Shown in pieces: positions 47,601-57,144 of a stretch of DNA of 64,000 nucleotides. Every line of letters begins with the position of its first letter. The first letter of the stretch is position 1. The DNA comes from Octopus vulgaris (Eukaryota). Made by a program: the position numbers and the translations under genes. Under the pieces are notes generated by a model that ran no database searches, was not told where the DNA came from, and was given only the letters and a program-made list of their open reading frames with translations. The stretch is taken from the NCBI GenBank assembly GCA_951406725.2, contig OX597816.1, positions 135,780,001 to 135,844,000 on the forward strand, read 5' to 3'.

Positions 47601-49632
47601 TTTGTATGTACGCAAAATATTCTCTCATTGCTAGCACTTTTATTACAGTTCTGTAGGAGTTGACAAAGCCGGCGACTTGGAAGAATCATTGGTGTGTCAG
47701 ACAAAATGCCTTGAGACATTTCTTTTGGCTTTTTATATTCTGAGTTCAAATCCTGTTGAGGTCACCCTTGCATTTTATCCATTAAAGGTCAATAAAATAA
47801 AGTATCAGTTAAATACTGGGATTGATGTTGTCAACCTGTCCCCCTGCCCTAAAAATTGCTGACCTTGAACCTAGCTATCGACCAGTCATGACCTTGGTTA
47901 CTAATACTTCTTGGAAACCAGGTAACTGGCTTTATGAGTCATAGGACTTAAGAAAATAAAAAGTAAAAGAAAAGAAAAGGAGTTGACAGGTTAAGGTGTT
48001 GGATTCCAGAAATAAAGATCAAAATTATGTGGGTTTTGCCTTTTTCATCCTTAGGCTAAACAAAATTGATGTCCTTGTTCACTTAAAAGAAAATCTACCA
48101 ATACCATAAGTGAAATATTTGAATTGTTGTAAATTATCTCTAAGACTAAATGTTAAGTTTACATTACTATCTAATATTATCTAAACTGAATTTAAAAGAA
48201 GGTAAATAACAATTAGCTATAAATCATATACTCACCTTTATAAATGATTTATATAGATATATCCTGTTGATCAATCTTGTAACAACTTTGATAAATCAGT
48301 ACTTTTTTTTTCATATATATTTCTCCGTTCATCTTTTGTCTTGAATTTCTTGAAATAATGGTGATAATTTCTCAATCTCTGACTTAATATTAAGTATTAT
48401 TAGTGGAAAGTTAGATGCTACTCATACAGATGTACTGATACAGGTTTGCTTTCTAGTGCAAATGCTACAAAGACTTCTTCCTGGTCCAGTTAGATATAAA
48501 AACTCACTATCGCATCTAAAACCATCAAAACTGCTTGTATTTAGATAATAAATTATGTGAATTGATGGAAGCAGTGTTATGAATTTGAATGTTCTTCCAG
48601 TGATAACTATTCAGTTATAAAGTTGGGATATCTAATTTGTGATTACATTATACCTGCCACAAGGTTTTAATTTTGTTAGTAGGATCAAATTAGCCATTAT
48701 TTCTTTCTATGTATAATTATAAAAAGAAATTCATATCCCATGCATTAGTTATTAGCCCTGTTTTTCGATAAAACAAAACTGAATTGACCTGAAAATACAA
48801 TGTGACAATTTTTACTCATTTTCTACAAGTCTTAAGACCATATAAAAATGCTGTGTTGCTTTTAATATAAAATAAGGCTTCGTGAATATTTGTTTCAAAT
48901 TTTGGCACAAAGCCAGCAAGTTCAGGAGATAGGGTAAGTCAATTACATTGACCCTAGTCCTCAGCTAGTCCTTATTTTATTGACCCCAAAAGGATTAAAG
49001 GCAAAGTTGACCTTGGCGGAATTTGAACTCAGAACATAAAGATGGACGAAATGCCGCTAAGCATTTTGCCTGGCGTGCTAATGATTCTGCCAGCTCACCA
49101 CATAGAGGCCTAGTGATTATTGATAATAAATTATACAGTGCATTGCCAAACAAATATTGTCTACTAATTCCCCTTGAATACAACATACATCTCTTAGCAT
49201 ACATTTTCATGAATTTGTTTATGTAATATTCATAGTACATTGAATTCAGTGCAATATAGAAAATAATTATATAATATATAAACATTAAATGAATACACAT
49301 ACATGTTTATTCATTTTACTTGAGGTTTCTATGCTAGCTTGCATTAGATGATATATTCATGCACTTGAACACATGCACACACACACACATTTACATCTAC
49401 TTTCTTCGTATTTCAACATTCAACTTAACATATATTTTTTTTATTAATAAGACCTATCAATATTATTATATCTATTATTCATTTTTCTTTCTATTTTATA
49501 GATGAGTTCTATGGATTTTCCAAGACACATTCAAAATATAAAAAGCTGTACCACATTTTTCAAGAGTCCACTAGCAATATATTTGATTTGTGTGTTCTGA
49601 ATGAGATTTCTATTGAGAACAAAGAGGAATGA
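4977..49632 (+). CDS. LPCAT2: Lysophosphatidylcholine acyltransferase (LPCAT1/LPCAT2 family), multi-exon gene, 5'-partial (first exons upstream of window)
   Basis: Manually spliced GT-AG exons join in one frame: 1276 nt with exon A = 1 carried-over nt + 425 codons including the stop. Product has acyltransferase motifs HSSxFD, FVSR, IFPEGTCTN and PGVPVQPV, plus DTITWTW and C-terminal EF-hand-like loops typical of LPCAT1/2. The choice of LPCAT1 vs LPCAT2 as symbol is uncertain. Confidence 0.93.
5431..5445 (+). promoter_or_regulatory. Tandem UGCAUG (Rbfox-type) intronic splicing elements downstream of exon A
   Basis: tgcatgttttgcatg, ~240 nt after the exon A donor. Confidence 0.45.
6846..7972 (-). 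mobile_element. RTE-clade LINE 3' fragment
   Basis: Minus-strand KGRLYDACVQTAILHGSETWAMTAEDMCRLERNEVSMICWMCNVSVHTRQSVSTLREKLDIRSI; (CAT)n tail at ~6846-6862. Confidence 0.85.
8085..8244 (+). mobile_element. RTE-related 3' tail fragment
   Basis: ggtgttaggaagagcatccagttgtaaaaacc...catggaagacgaacgttaaatgatgatg. Confidence 0.65.
9717..9934. mobile_element. piggyBac-like MITE (TTAA-flanked), copy 1 of 3
   Basis: ttaa|cccttt..catt ... aatgctaatggg|ttaa; same ~220-bp body at 18920 and 34492. Confidence 0.75.
12369..12588. mobile_element. Tigger/pogo-like MITE
   Basis: ta|cagtaat ... attactg|ta termini with TA duplication. Confidence 0.6.
13409..13629 (+). CDS. LPCAT2: LPCAT catalytic exon, variant B (mutually exclusive; LPCAT2/4-like)
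   Basis: Pyrimidine tract...caatag| ... GGAA|gtaggt; 221 nt, same phases as A. Encodes IVNYVLLKISRIIFFVMGFHWVKVKGHCAQAKEAPIVCIAPHSSLFDALVFFMIPELPAVVSAVDHIKVPFIG. Confidence 0.92.
13853..14055 (+). promoter_or_regulatory. Two UACUAAC (QKI/STAR-type) elements downstream of exon B
   Basis: tactaac at 13853-13859 (preceded by a ctaac half-site) and at 14049-14055. Confidence 0.35.
14822..15235 (+). mobile_element. tRNA-derived SINE family 1 with internal (TA)n
   Basis: ggcatggctgtgtggtaagaagcttgcttc...ggttcagtcccact...(TA)n...cttgacaaccaatgttggtgtgtttac...ccagcatggccacagtc. Confidence 0.85.
16679..16732. repeat. (GA)n microsatellite
   Basis: Direct inspection. Confidence 0.9.
17350..17886 (+). 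mobile_element. R4/Dong-like non-LTR retrotransposon 3' fragment (restriction-like endonuclease region)
   Basis: IACPGDNRIKEKEEKLNNYDDFKWEI*RLWSMRKVDVIPIVTGAL...LQKSALLGNARILCRVLEA* with in-frame stops, ending in (TAA)n. Confidence 0.75.
18013..18220. mobile_element. Tc1/mariner-type MITE
   Basis: ta|cagggtgcatcagaaatacctcccacattt ... aaatgtgggaggtatttctgccgcaccctg|ta; ~30-bp TIR, TA TSD. Confidence 0.85.
18920..19137. mobile_element. piggyBac-like MITE, copy 2
   Basis: Homologous to 9717-9934. Confidence 0.7.
19580..20140. repeat. Old fold-back/duplicated element
   Basis: gctgtgaaaagtaaac at ~19586 pairs with gtttacttttcacagc at ~20118. A diverged direct copy lies at ~19922-20010. Confidence 0.4.
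21110..21640 (-). mobile_element. Decayed mariner-like DNA transposon
   Basis: End ttattttcataccaacctgata resembles a mariner TIR. Internal ~50-bp inverted duplication (21124-21171 vs 21431-21479). Confidence 0.5.
22196..22976 (+). mobile_element. SINE family 1 interrupted by a non-autonomous Helitron
   Basis: Head 22196-22346 and body 22780-22976 match other copies; the insert sits in the (TA)n spacer. Confidence 0.8.
22375..22760 (-). mobile_element. Non-autonomous Helitron
   Basis: Minus strand ends in the hairpin cccgagcaacgccggg then gatactgCTAG|t; the 5' end merges into (TA)n. Confidence 0.8.
23127..23285 (-). mobile_element. Penelope-like terminal repeat remnant with degenerate hammerhead motif
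   Basis: Minus strand ctttCTGTAGAa-gagc(atag)gctc-GAAAcataaaag at ~23219-23254. Confidence 0.5.
24252..24386 (-). mobile_element. RTE-related 3' tail fragment
   Basis: (CAT)n..ttccatgctggcatgggttggatggtttgactgagg...ctagatgccc. Confidence 0.7.
24424..24640 (-). mobile_element. Penelope-like terminal repeat remnant with variant hammerhead motif
   Basis: Minus strand tttCCGACGAa-gagc(tcc)gctc-GAAAcGTCatac at ~24514-24548. Confidence 0.5.
28442..28615 (+). CDS. LPCAT2: LPCAT exon (acyltransferase motifs II-III)
   Basis: ttttcag| ... CCAG|gtgagg; 174 nt; (K)LIQFTQPVFVSREDPNSRLNTIKEINKRAHSKGAWPQIVIFPEGTCTNRSCLIGFKP(G). Confidence 0.95.
29808..30432 (-). mobile_element. Non-autonomous mariner element
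   Basis: TIRs aaaagttcccggacta / tagtccaggaactttt. Minus-strand remnants of the HPPYSPDLAP-like and MQLKGHCFNT...IQSKSQKVL transposase C-terminus. Confidence 0.8.
30540..31480 (-). mobile_element. Old RTE-like LINE fragment
   Basis: Diverged match to 7280-7970 (catttctttc...cccatgttt...catcatacaat...gtgcatctgcc). Confidence 0.55.
32148..32694. mobile_element. Fold-back element: inverted arms each with a tRNA-like head and a Penelope-type hammerhead remnant
   Basis: Arms 32148-32359 and 32466-32694 are reverse complements. tRNA-like A box tggcatagtgg and B box gagttcgattc at ~32470-32523. Confidence 0.75.
34312..34370 (+). CDS. LPCAT2: LPCAT exon (motif IV)
   Basis: gtatag| ... TTG|gtaagt; 59 nt; (G)AFYPGVPVQPVCVRYPNKL. 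Confidence 0.93.
34492..34711. mobile_element. piggyBac-like MITE, copy 3
   Basis: Homologous to 9717-9934. Confidence 0.7.
35078..35112 (+). CDS. LPCAT2: LPCAT small exon
   Basis: ttttcag| ... GC|gtatgt; 35 nt; DTITWTWDGPD(A). Confidence 0.9.
36715..37445 (-). mobile_element. RTE-clade LINE 3' fragment
   Basis: Minus ORF ...IRCGLQERRLCWYGHVMHMDEDSCKKKCQSLTVEGTCERGRPKKT. Confidence 0.85.
37844..38265 (+). mobile_element. SINE family 1
   Basis: Full-length match to 14822-15235. Confidence 0.85.
38473..38527 (+). CDS. LPCAT2: LPCAT small exon
   Basis: tttcag| ... GAG|gtgagt; 55 nt; (A)FKVLWYTLCQFHNNVEIE. Confidence 0.92.
38577..39010. mobile_element. Penelope-type fold-back repeat with degenerate hammerhead motifs
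   Basis: Arms ~38577-38755 and ~38786-38970 are inverted. CTGATGAG..GAAA motifs at 38686-38730 (-) and 38817-38861 (+). Confidence 0.75.
39810..40070 (-). mobile_element. RTE-related 3' tail/SINE-like element
   Basis: (CAT)n..ccatgctggcatgggtt...ctggatgcccttcc, with the last motif duplicated. Confidence 0.65.
40473..40555 (+). CDS. LPCAT2: LPCAT exon
   Basis: ttccag| ... AA|gtgagt; 83 nt; FLPVHIPNEQELRDPKLFSENVRLRMA(K). Confidence 0.92.
41536..41815. mobile_element. Fold-back repeat of the same family as 38577-39010, centrally deleted near-perfect palindrome
   Basis: ttgttgtatttcggaatggtcattttgccagtt ... aactggcaaaatgaccattccgaaatacaacaa; centre aatcttatttc-ggct-gaaataagatt. Confidence 0.8.
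41876..41979 (+). mobile_element. RTE-related 3' tail fragment
   Basis: ...ccagaccccagttgaaccgtccaacccatgctagcatggaaagcgga...(GAT)n. Confidence 0.7.
42001..42331. repeat. (ATGT)n tetranucleotide microsatellite
   Basis: ~330 bp, nearly pure; explains the MYVC/HTYI ORFs. Confidence 0.97.
43192..43317 (+). CDS. LPCAT2: LPCAT exon
   Basis: ttctacag| ... GG|gtaagc; 126 nt; CLNCTITDHTYDDCRLILWAAKVKIPIVKRIVEIFKLHKKL(G). Confidence 0.9.
43862..44015 (+). CDS. LPCAT2: LPCAT exon (start of EF-hand region)
   Basis: ttttaag| ... TTT|gtatgt; 154 nt; FNTEAMNEVLLRIRQQVSSEPQEKITYREFSEYLNISQNDSLQRLFKIYDF. Phase fits both neighbours. Confidence 0.85.
44027..44093. repeat. ~32-bp tandem duplication just 3' of an exon donor
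   Basis: tttgaaaattaattcac(t/a)ttctataaatgtac twice. Confidence 0.8.
44327..44425 (+). CDS. LPCAT2: LPCAT exon (EF-hand)
   Basis: attcag| ... CAA|gtaaga; 99 nt; EQTGHIDIRDYVVDLCLVSGPATIEEVLKMAFQ. Confidence 0.88.
44472..44845 (+). mobile_element. SINE family 1, 5'-truncated
   Basis: Match to 14822-15235 from cacatggttctgagttcagtcccact onward. Confidence 0.8.
45140..46170 (-). mobile_element. Old RTE-like LINE fragment
   Basis: Diverged match (cacaagcatcatacaatctgccctttactctga...) to 7560-7690 and 37340-37440. Confidence 0.5.
46177..46400. mobile_element. hAT/Charlie-like MITE fragment
   Basis: Starts cagggattctcaacc..., a hAT-type terminus; the other end is not seen. Confidence 0.4.
46494..46730 (+). 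mobile_element. RTE-related 3' tail/SINE-like element (young copy)
   Basis: CpG-retaining copy ending ...gcggacattaaac(GAT)n. Confidence 0.8.
46738..46962. repeat. Fold-back element with internally repeated arms
   Basis: aagttcac..ccatcaattca units on the left pair with tgaattgatgatgatgaactt units on the right. Confidence 0.6.
47426..47567 (+). CDS. LPCAT2: LPCAT exon (EF-hands)
   Basis: ttccag| ... TTTG|gtaaat; 142 nt; AFEYGHEGFIRSQGFKSVMVHIFEMSDSECQQIFQDIDSDDDQKITF(D). Confidence 0.88.
47668..47940 (+). mobile_element. tRNA-derived SINE family 2 (diverged)
   Basis: Reverse-complement relative of 48895-49100. Another diverged copy lies at ~42345-42530. Confidence 0.6.
48895..49100 (-). 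mobile_element. tRNA-derived SINE family 2
   Basis: ttcaaattttggcacaa...ggaatttgaactcagaac...gattctgccagctcacc; same as 63212-63420. Confidence 0.8.
49502..49632 (+). CDS. LPCAT2: LPCAT terminal coding exon
   Basis: Long pyrimidine tract, ttatag|; (D)EFYGFSKTHSKYKKLYHIFQESTSNIFDLCVLNEISIENKEE*, TGA at 49630-49632. Completes the EF-hand loop DSDDDQKITFDE. Confidence 0.85.
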
Positions 49633-50279
49633 ACACAGCAATGCTAACTTTCTTACTTTCAGCCAGTAAACTCATTGTGATACAGGACATATTTTAACTG
49701 TGAAGAAAATATGATACAACTACAGTCATCAGCATATTACTGTTGCCGTATTTGGAAATGGTCAATGCTGACAGATGTCTGTCTTCTTTCTCTCACCTGC
49801 CTTGCTTCTCTTTAACATGGAAACCGGTTTTCTTGTTAAAATAGTAATGTAATTTAAAGTCAGATATTTCTCTTAATCGTTCATTAATGTAGTGACAATA
49901 CTTACATACAAACTGATGCATTTACGCATACATTTAGACACGCATTTACACATCCACTTCCATGTTTACACATGCACATTTATTTATAATTTCAACTGGA
50001 TAATCAAATACATATACACACACAAACACACACACTAATAAATAAATGCAGTCACTCCATTCCCTTATGTTTTCACACTCATATTTATATTCACCTTTTT
50101 GTGTATAAATCAAAAACTCTCTGCTATTTTATGTTAACTCGTACTTGTTTTTCATTTATACATAACCAGGAAAGATATGCATATATATGTGCACATGCAC
50201 ACACACACGCACACACTGTGCATTCTATTTAAGATGTACAATTGGTATGTTTACAAATTAGTCAACAGGTATGTTAAAA

Positions 50280-50327
50280 GTATGCATGTATGTATATGAT
50301 ATATGTGTGTGTTTATATATGTTTATG

Positions 50328-50358
<31 letters not shown>

Positions 50359-50387
50359 TTATATATGTATGTATATATATGTATGTT

Positions 50388-50423
<36 letters not shown>

Positions 50424-50440
50424 TGTGCGTGTGTATATAG

Positions 50441-50478
<38 letters not shown>

Positions 50479-50547
50479 ATACATATATGTGTGTGTATAT
50501 ATATATGTGAATATGCATATATATGTATGTATATATATATATGTATG

Positions 50548-50594
<47 letters not shown>

Positions 50595-50650
50595 GTGTTA
50601 GGTGCGACATACAGGAATAGAATATTGAGAAAAAATGTCAGAATTTCTGT

Positions 50651-50689
<39 letters not shown>

Positions 50690-50776
50690 TATATAAATAT
50701 GTATGTGTGTGTGCGTATATATATATATATAATGTATATGTGTATATAAATAGGTATGTATATGTGTATATATATA

Positions 50777-50821
<45 letters not shown>

Positions 50822-50898
50822 ATATATGTATATACATATGTGTATATATATATATGTATATATATATGTATATATATATGTATATATATATGTATATA

Positions 50899-50953
<55 letters not shown>

Positions 50954-51192
50954 ATGTATATATATATGTATATATATATATATATGTATATATATGTGTA
51001 TATATATGTATATATATGTATATATATGTATATATATGTATATATATGTATATATATGTATATATATATGTATGTATATATATATGTATGTATATATATA
51101 TGTATGTATATATATATGTATGTATATATATATGTATATATATATATATGTATATATATGTATATATATATGTATATGTATATATATGTATG

Positions 51193-51225
<33 letters not shown>

Positions 51226-51435
51226 TGTATATGTATATATGTATATGCATATATATATATGTATATGTATATATGTATATGTATATGTATATATGTATAT
51301 ATATGTATATGTATATATATATATATGTATATGTATATATGTATATATATATATGTATATATGTATATGTATATATGTATATGTATATATATATATGTAT
51401 ATATGTATATGTATATGTGTATATATGTATATGTG

Positions 51436-51469
<34 letters not shown>

Positions 51470-51652
51470 TGTATATGTATATGTATATGTATATATATAT
51501 GTATATGTATATATATATATATGTATATATATATGTATATATATATGTGTATATATGTATATGTATATATATGTGTGTATATATATGTGTGTATATATAT
51601 GTATATATATATATATGTGTGTATATATATATGTGTATATATGTGTATATAT

Positions 51653-51684
<32 letters not shown>

Positions 51685-51978
51685 GTATATGTATATATAT
51701 GTATATATATATATGTATATGTATATATATGTATGTATATATATGTATATGTATATATATGTATATATAATATATGTATATGTATATATGTATATGCATA
51801 TATATATATATATATGTATATATGTATATGTATATGTATATATGTATATATATGTATATGTATATATATATATATGTATATGTATATATATATATGTATA
51901 TATATATGTATATATGTATATGTATATATGTATATGTATATATATATATGTATATATGTATATGTATATGTGTATATA

Positions 51979-52027
<49 letters not shown>

Positions 52028-52506
52028 GTATATATATATGTATATGTATATATATATGTATATGTATATATATATGTATATGTATATATATATGTATATA
52101 TATATATATGTATATATGTATATGTATATATATATGTATATGTATATATATATGTATATATATGTGTGTATATATATGTGTGTATATATATGTGTATATA
52201 TATATATATGTGTGTATATATATATGTGTGTATATATATGTGTGTATATATATGTGTATATATATATATATGTGTGTATATATATATGTGTATATATGTG
52301 TATATATATATATATATGTGTATATATATATATATGTGTATATATATATATATATGTATATATATATGTGTATATATATATATATGTGTATATATATATA
52401 TATGTGTATATATATATATATGTGTGTATATATGTGTATATATATATATATATATGTGTATATATGTGTATATATATATGTGTATATATATATATATGTG
52501 TGTGTA

Positions 52507-52557
<51 letters not shown>

Positions 52558-52790
52558 GTGTGTGTGTATATATGTGCATATATATGTATGTATATATATG
52601 TGTGTATATATATATGTATGTATATATATGTGTGTATACATGTATATATGTATATCTGTATATATATGTATGTATATACATGTCTATGTATATGATGATA
52701 TATTTGTATATATGTATGTGTATATATATGTATATACTTTTGCATTTATGTATATACATGTGTGTGAGTGCTTGTGTGTGTACACACATA
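50280..52790. repeat. Compound (TA)n/(TATG)n/(TG)n low-complexity tract ~2.5 kb
   Basis: Alternating purine-pyrimidine sequence; source of the 300-800 aa YI/HI/CV ORFs. Confidence 0.97.
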
Positions 52791-55700
52791 CAAAACTAAC
52801 TTCTTTATTCTATCATTAGGATTCACTTATTGAAAATCTCATTGCTACTATTCATTTCTCTGTATTCATTTTTTCTTTAATGTTTCTGTTATTTTTAAGA
52901 GAAAATTCCGTATAGGTTACACCTTATTAGATATATTATTTTTTTAAAATTTTAAATTTCATACATTTCCTTCCTATATATATAGATATACATATATATA
53001 TATATATATATTTTGTCTTTCACTAACCTTTTTTTTTTTTTGATTTTTACTTTTATTCGCTGCCGTTCAGATAGATACTCATGCCTTTTAAGTTATGATT
53101 AATATTTGATTAGAAAATATTTCCAGCCGTGATACTTGTGTTACAAATGTTTCGATATATGCAGCTATTTTCAAGAAACTTGTTAATTAAAATAGGTATA
53201 ATTATGTTTGCCAGTTCCAAATATAGATGGATTAGAATAACCTTTGTCTTCATCTCAGACACCTGTAAAGCTATAGTATTTTTGATGACTGTGATGAAAT
53301 TTTTTATTTGGTGCTTTGGGTGTTACAAACAAGCCATGTTGAATACTTTATGTAAAAAGTATCAACAATTACATACATGAAAAATATCAATAAAACACTT
53401 CAACACATTACTTATGACAATTAATAGAACAAGAAAGCCTCCACATGGTCACTCAAGCAGCTTGTAAAAGCAGTCAAATCTCCTTCAAATCATATCTTTT
53501 TTGTCTTAAAGGACACATTGGATAATGTAATCCAGAGTATACTGTTCTTCTAAAAAAGAAGACTGGATAATTATAGATTGAATGATTTGATGAATGGGCT
53601 ACTTGACTGGGTACAACTTGGGGTTCAACAACAACTAAATTTCATCATATTACAATTTAATAAAAGCCAAACTGGATTTAGGACTCATTTCTTATATCTG
53701 TTAGAAGAAATATATGATACTTGAAACACTGGAAAGAAATCAGTTGGGTATGATATTTGCCTTGCTGTTTTGATATCATGTTTGGTGAAAGTTATTGTAA
53801 CATTGAAACCTTGGAAATACAAAACTATATATATTTGATTATTTTGTAACTTTCTATTATCAATAGAAATCAATGCATTATATGGTAAAATAGAGAAAAA
53901 TCAATTATATATGCATAAAGTTTATATCTATTTTTCATTTTTGCTAATATAAGTGGGATGGTTTTCGCAGTATTTTTGGAGCATCTGTTTATATAGATGG
54001 AATCTCATTCTACTGACTATCATTTGGCCATAAAGTAGATATATCTGAAGGAAACGGTACTTTGCCAAGATATGTAACTAAAACTGAACCCTTATTTCTC
54101 TACTTCTAGTCCAATGGAATTAATCTCTTGTCTCCTTCTCAATAAATGTGTGTATATGTGTGTGTGTGTATTTATTATATCTGATTATGCACAAAACTGA
54201 CACACATATATCTACACACACACACACACATAATGTCAGTATTTGAAGTAATGCTTATAATAAAGCTTATAAGCTTATCTGAGTTTTTCACTGTGTAGTT
54301 ATCAGATATTTGCTCAGAAAGAGACTTAAGATAATGATGTTTGAAAATTATAGTTTTTGAATTATTGATTATTGAAATCCTGTTTTGATCCAATGACAGT
54401 ATATTCTTTTGGGGGAAGCTTAGTTATTTATATCATAGTGCCTGGATAATAATATACAGATAATCTTGGAATTCACAAGGGTATTTATGAATAATTGATT
54501 TCAGTGTACACATTTTCACAATTATTTCTATTATTTTTATATTTTCATTTTACTTCATTTCTAACTCAAACTGGTTTTAAGTTGTTTTCTTGAAGGTGTC
54601 TTGTTATGGGGAACACCAAGATCTTTGACTGTATTCAACTAGTTTTCTGAATTTATGGGCTGTAGGTGTGTTTGAACATTTAAGCTTTTAATCATAGCTT
54701 AGATTAGATACTGTTGCAAACATAACATTTAATGGCATATATTTAATAACTTGGATGTAATTTGAATGGTTTGTATAATTTCATCCCTAATGCATTTTTG
54801 TTCATGTTGGCAAATTAGTAAAACAGCCAATGTCATATTGTAATGAAATGAAGCATAAAATTACAATTAGAAGATCACTCAGAGATTTGTTAAATCATTA
54901 ATGCAATGTTAAGTTTAATGTCTTTGAAGAAAAGCAGTTTTAATAAATTTGTGAATTAAGTTGGAGAGTCAGCTTAGTGTGTCAATAAGATGTCTTAACA
55001 GAAAGGAAAATTTAAGTGTCTCAAATCTACTTTTAATTCAAACCATTTTTATTGTAGGCTCTGTTTTTGGTCTGTATATCAGCATTCTTCATTCCAATAG
55101 ATTAATTACTCAAATGATTACATTACTGTCCTCTCAGCATCCTTTTTTTTTTTTTTTTTTCATTTTTGTTATTTACTTTCTTTTTTGAATCACCTAGAAT
55201 TAATCTATGGGTATCTGAGTTATATTTTGAATTGAGTGAAATATTTTTGTAACGTTTCAATTTCATTTCAGAAACTGATCTCATAACTGACAATTAGGGG
55301 GAAAAATTCTTTTTTTTGCCTTACTAGCTTACATTGATATTCCTGCTAAAATTTTGGCTAAAAGAGTTGGTATATACTTGATATTCAGAAATTTGAAAAT
55401 GATGCTAAGCTAAAATATATGTCATTACACATTATGTAGGCAGGGTATGTTCCATTATTGTCAGTTTTTTTTATAGCTTAAATAAATGCAATAGTTACAA
55501 TATTGTTATTGTTGTTTAATGTTTGCCATAAAATTTATATATGATATATAAATTTTGTTCTAGATTTCAGTTACAAATTTACTAAAAATTCGTTTTCTCT
55601 GGGTGTTAATTCAATATTAAGGAATCTCTTTTAATGTGGAGTTTTTTTTTTCTTGTTAGTAGGTAAACTAATATTAAATGGTAAATAAGTTTATATATAT

Positions 55701-57096
55701 TTTTTAAACGTGTTGTTTTTGTGCAGATGTGCAAAGCTAATGGGTGTGTATATCTTGAAAACATTTTAACTTGGTTTTTGTGTTCTGTATTTATTATGGT
55801 TTGATTTGTATTAATCACTTCAGAGGTTCAATTAAGAAAATGTCAAACTGATGAAGTTTCCCAAGTCAGATTTGCTGGTGAAACAGTTTAATAGTTAGCA
55901 ACTCATCCCACTAAAGCATCTTTATCTTTGCTAATAAATTTGTGATAATTTTCTACAATCGACTCTGAACAAAACTTTTGACTGCCCTCCTCACCCCAGC
56001 CATCTTTAAACAAATAGTCAAATGTCTAAATAATTCTTTTCAATTTTATTTTCATATAGACTAGATATTTACTCCAGGTTAGGATATGTTTATTTTATTT
56101 GATAAAAAAAATCAACATTTTTTTCAGTTTTTATAGTAATGATTAAACAAAACAAAAAAAAAAAGATAGATAAAATTTTACTTCAGTAACACAAATGTTA
56201 TTTTGTATCATCATTATAGATTTTATAAATATTGCATTCTTTCTATTGAGTTACTGTAGTATAAAATGCAAATGTGAAAGAAATTTGATCACATTGCTGT
56301 AATTAAATAAGCTGCTCAATATTCAGGATATTCATAGGAGTATCAATTGTATTTAATATCAATAACAAAACAATTTCCTTCTAATAATTTGTTATTTATC
56401 AACTTAGTTTTGAATACCATTTTCCAGTTTTTATTTGTTATACAGATAGTACTTATATATTTTCACCATCATCTGAAGTCTTCTTATATCAAAAATAATA
56501 ATATCAAAATATTTATGTTGTAAATTCTCTTAAATTTCAATTCTAAAATATTTTAGGATTGAACAAAATCATTGTTCCTTGACAATTTAATTCTCATTTA
56601 ACCGTAGTTTTCTTTATCTACATATGCATATACAGACATGCATTTTTTTGCATATTGCTGAAAAAAATAAGCAAAAAATGTTTGGTCGTGTAGCAATTTT
56701 CTTTAAAATTTATTTTAGCATTTTATATAGTTTACTGGGTGGAACTGTTTTAACCATTTTTCTTGTCTTTGAAATTTTATCTCCTAATATTATAAACATT
56801 TTTCTTTTGATTTCCTAACATTTCAGATAATGCCTAAGAACAATGTTAGGTATGAGTCACACAAATATATTTCAAATTAAAAATAATAATTATTTTCTTA
56901 AATTTTAAAATAAATTTTGCAGACCATACCTTTCAATCACCTTCTCCACCTACAGTTTTAAAAAAATCAGTATAATTTTTTTAAGAGAATTTATCTGCTG
57001 AACTTTCCAAAGTAGCAGTCATCATAAGATACTGTATTTGACATCATTTGAATCTTCAAAGCCTGTCTTCACTCTTTGTGTTGCATGGTATATATA

Positions 57097-57144
<48 letters not shown>

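Noticed and set aside
51226-51990. Apparent ~550-bp higher-order repeat inside the TA tract (rare gcat marker at ~51247 and ~51796)
   Set aside because: Cannot be distinguished by eye from slippage or assembly error in low-complexity sequence.
50271-52819. ORFs of 300-800 aa on both strands (YI/HI/CV-rich)
   Set aside because: Translations of a TA/TG microsatellite that happens to lack stop codons; no protein-like complexity.
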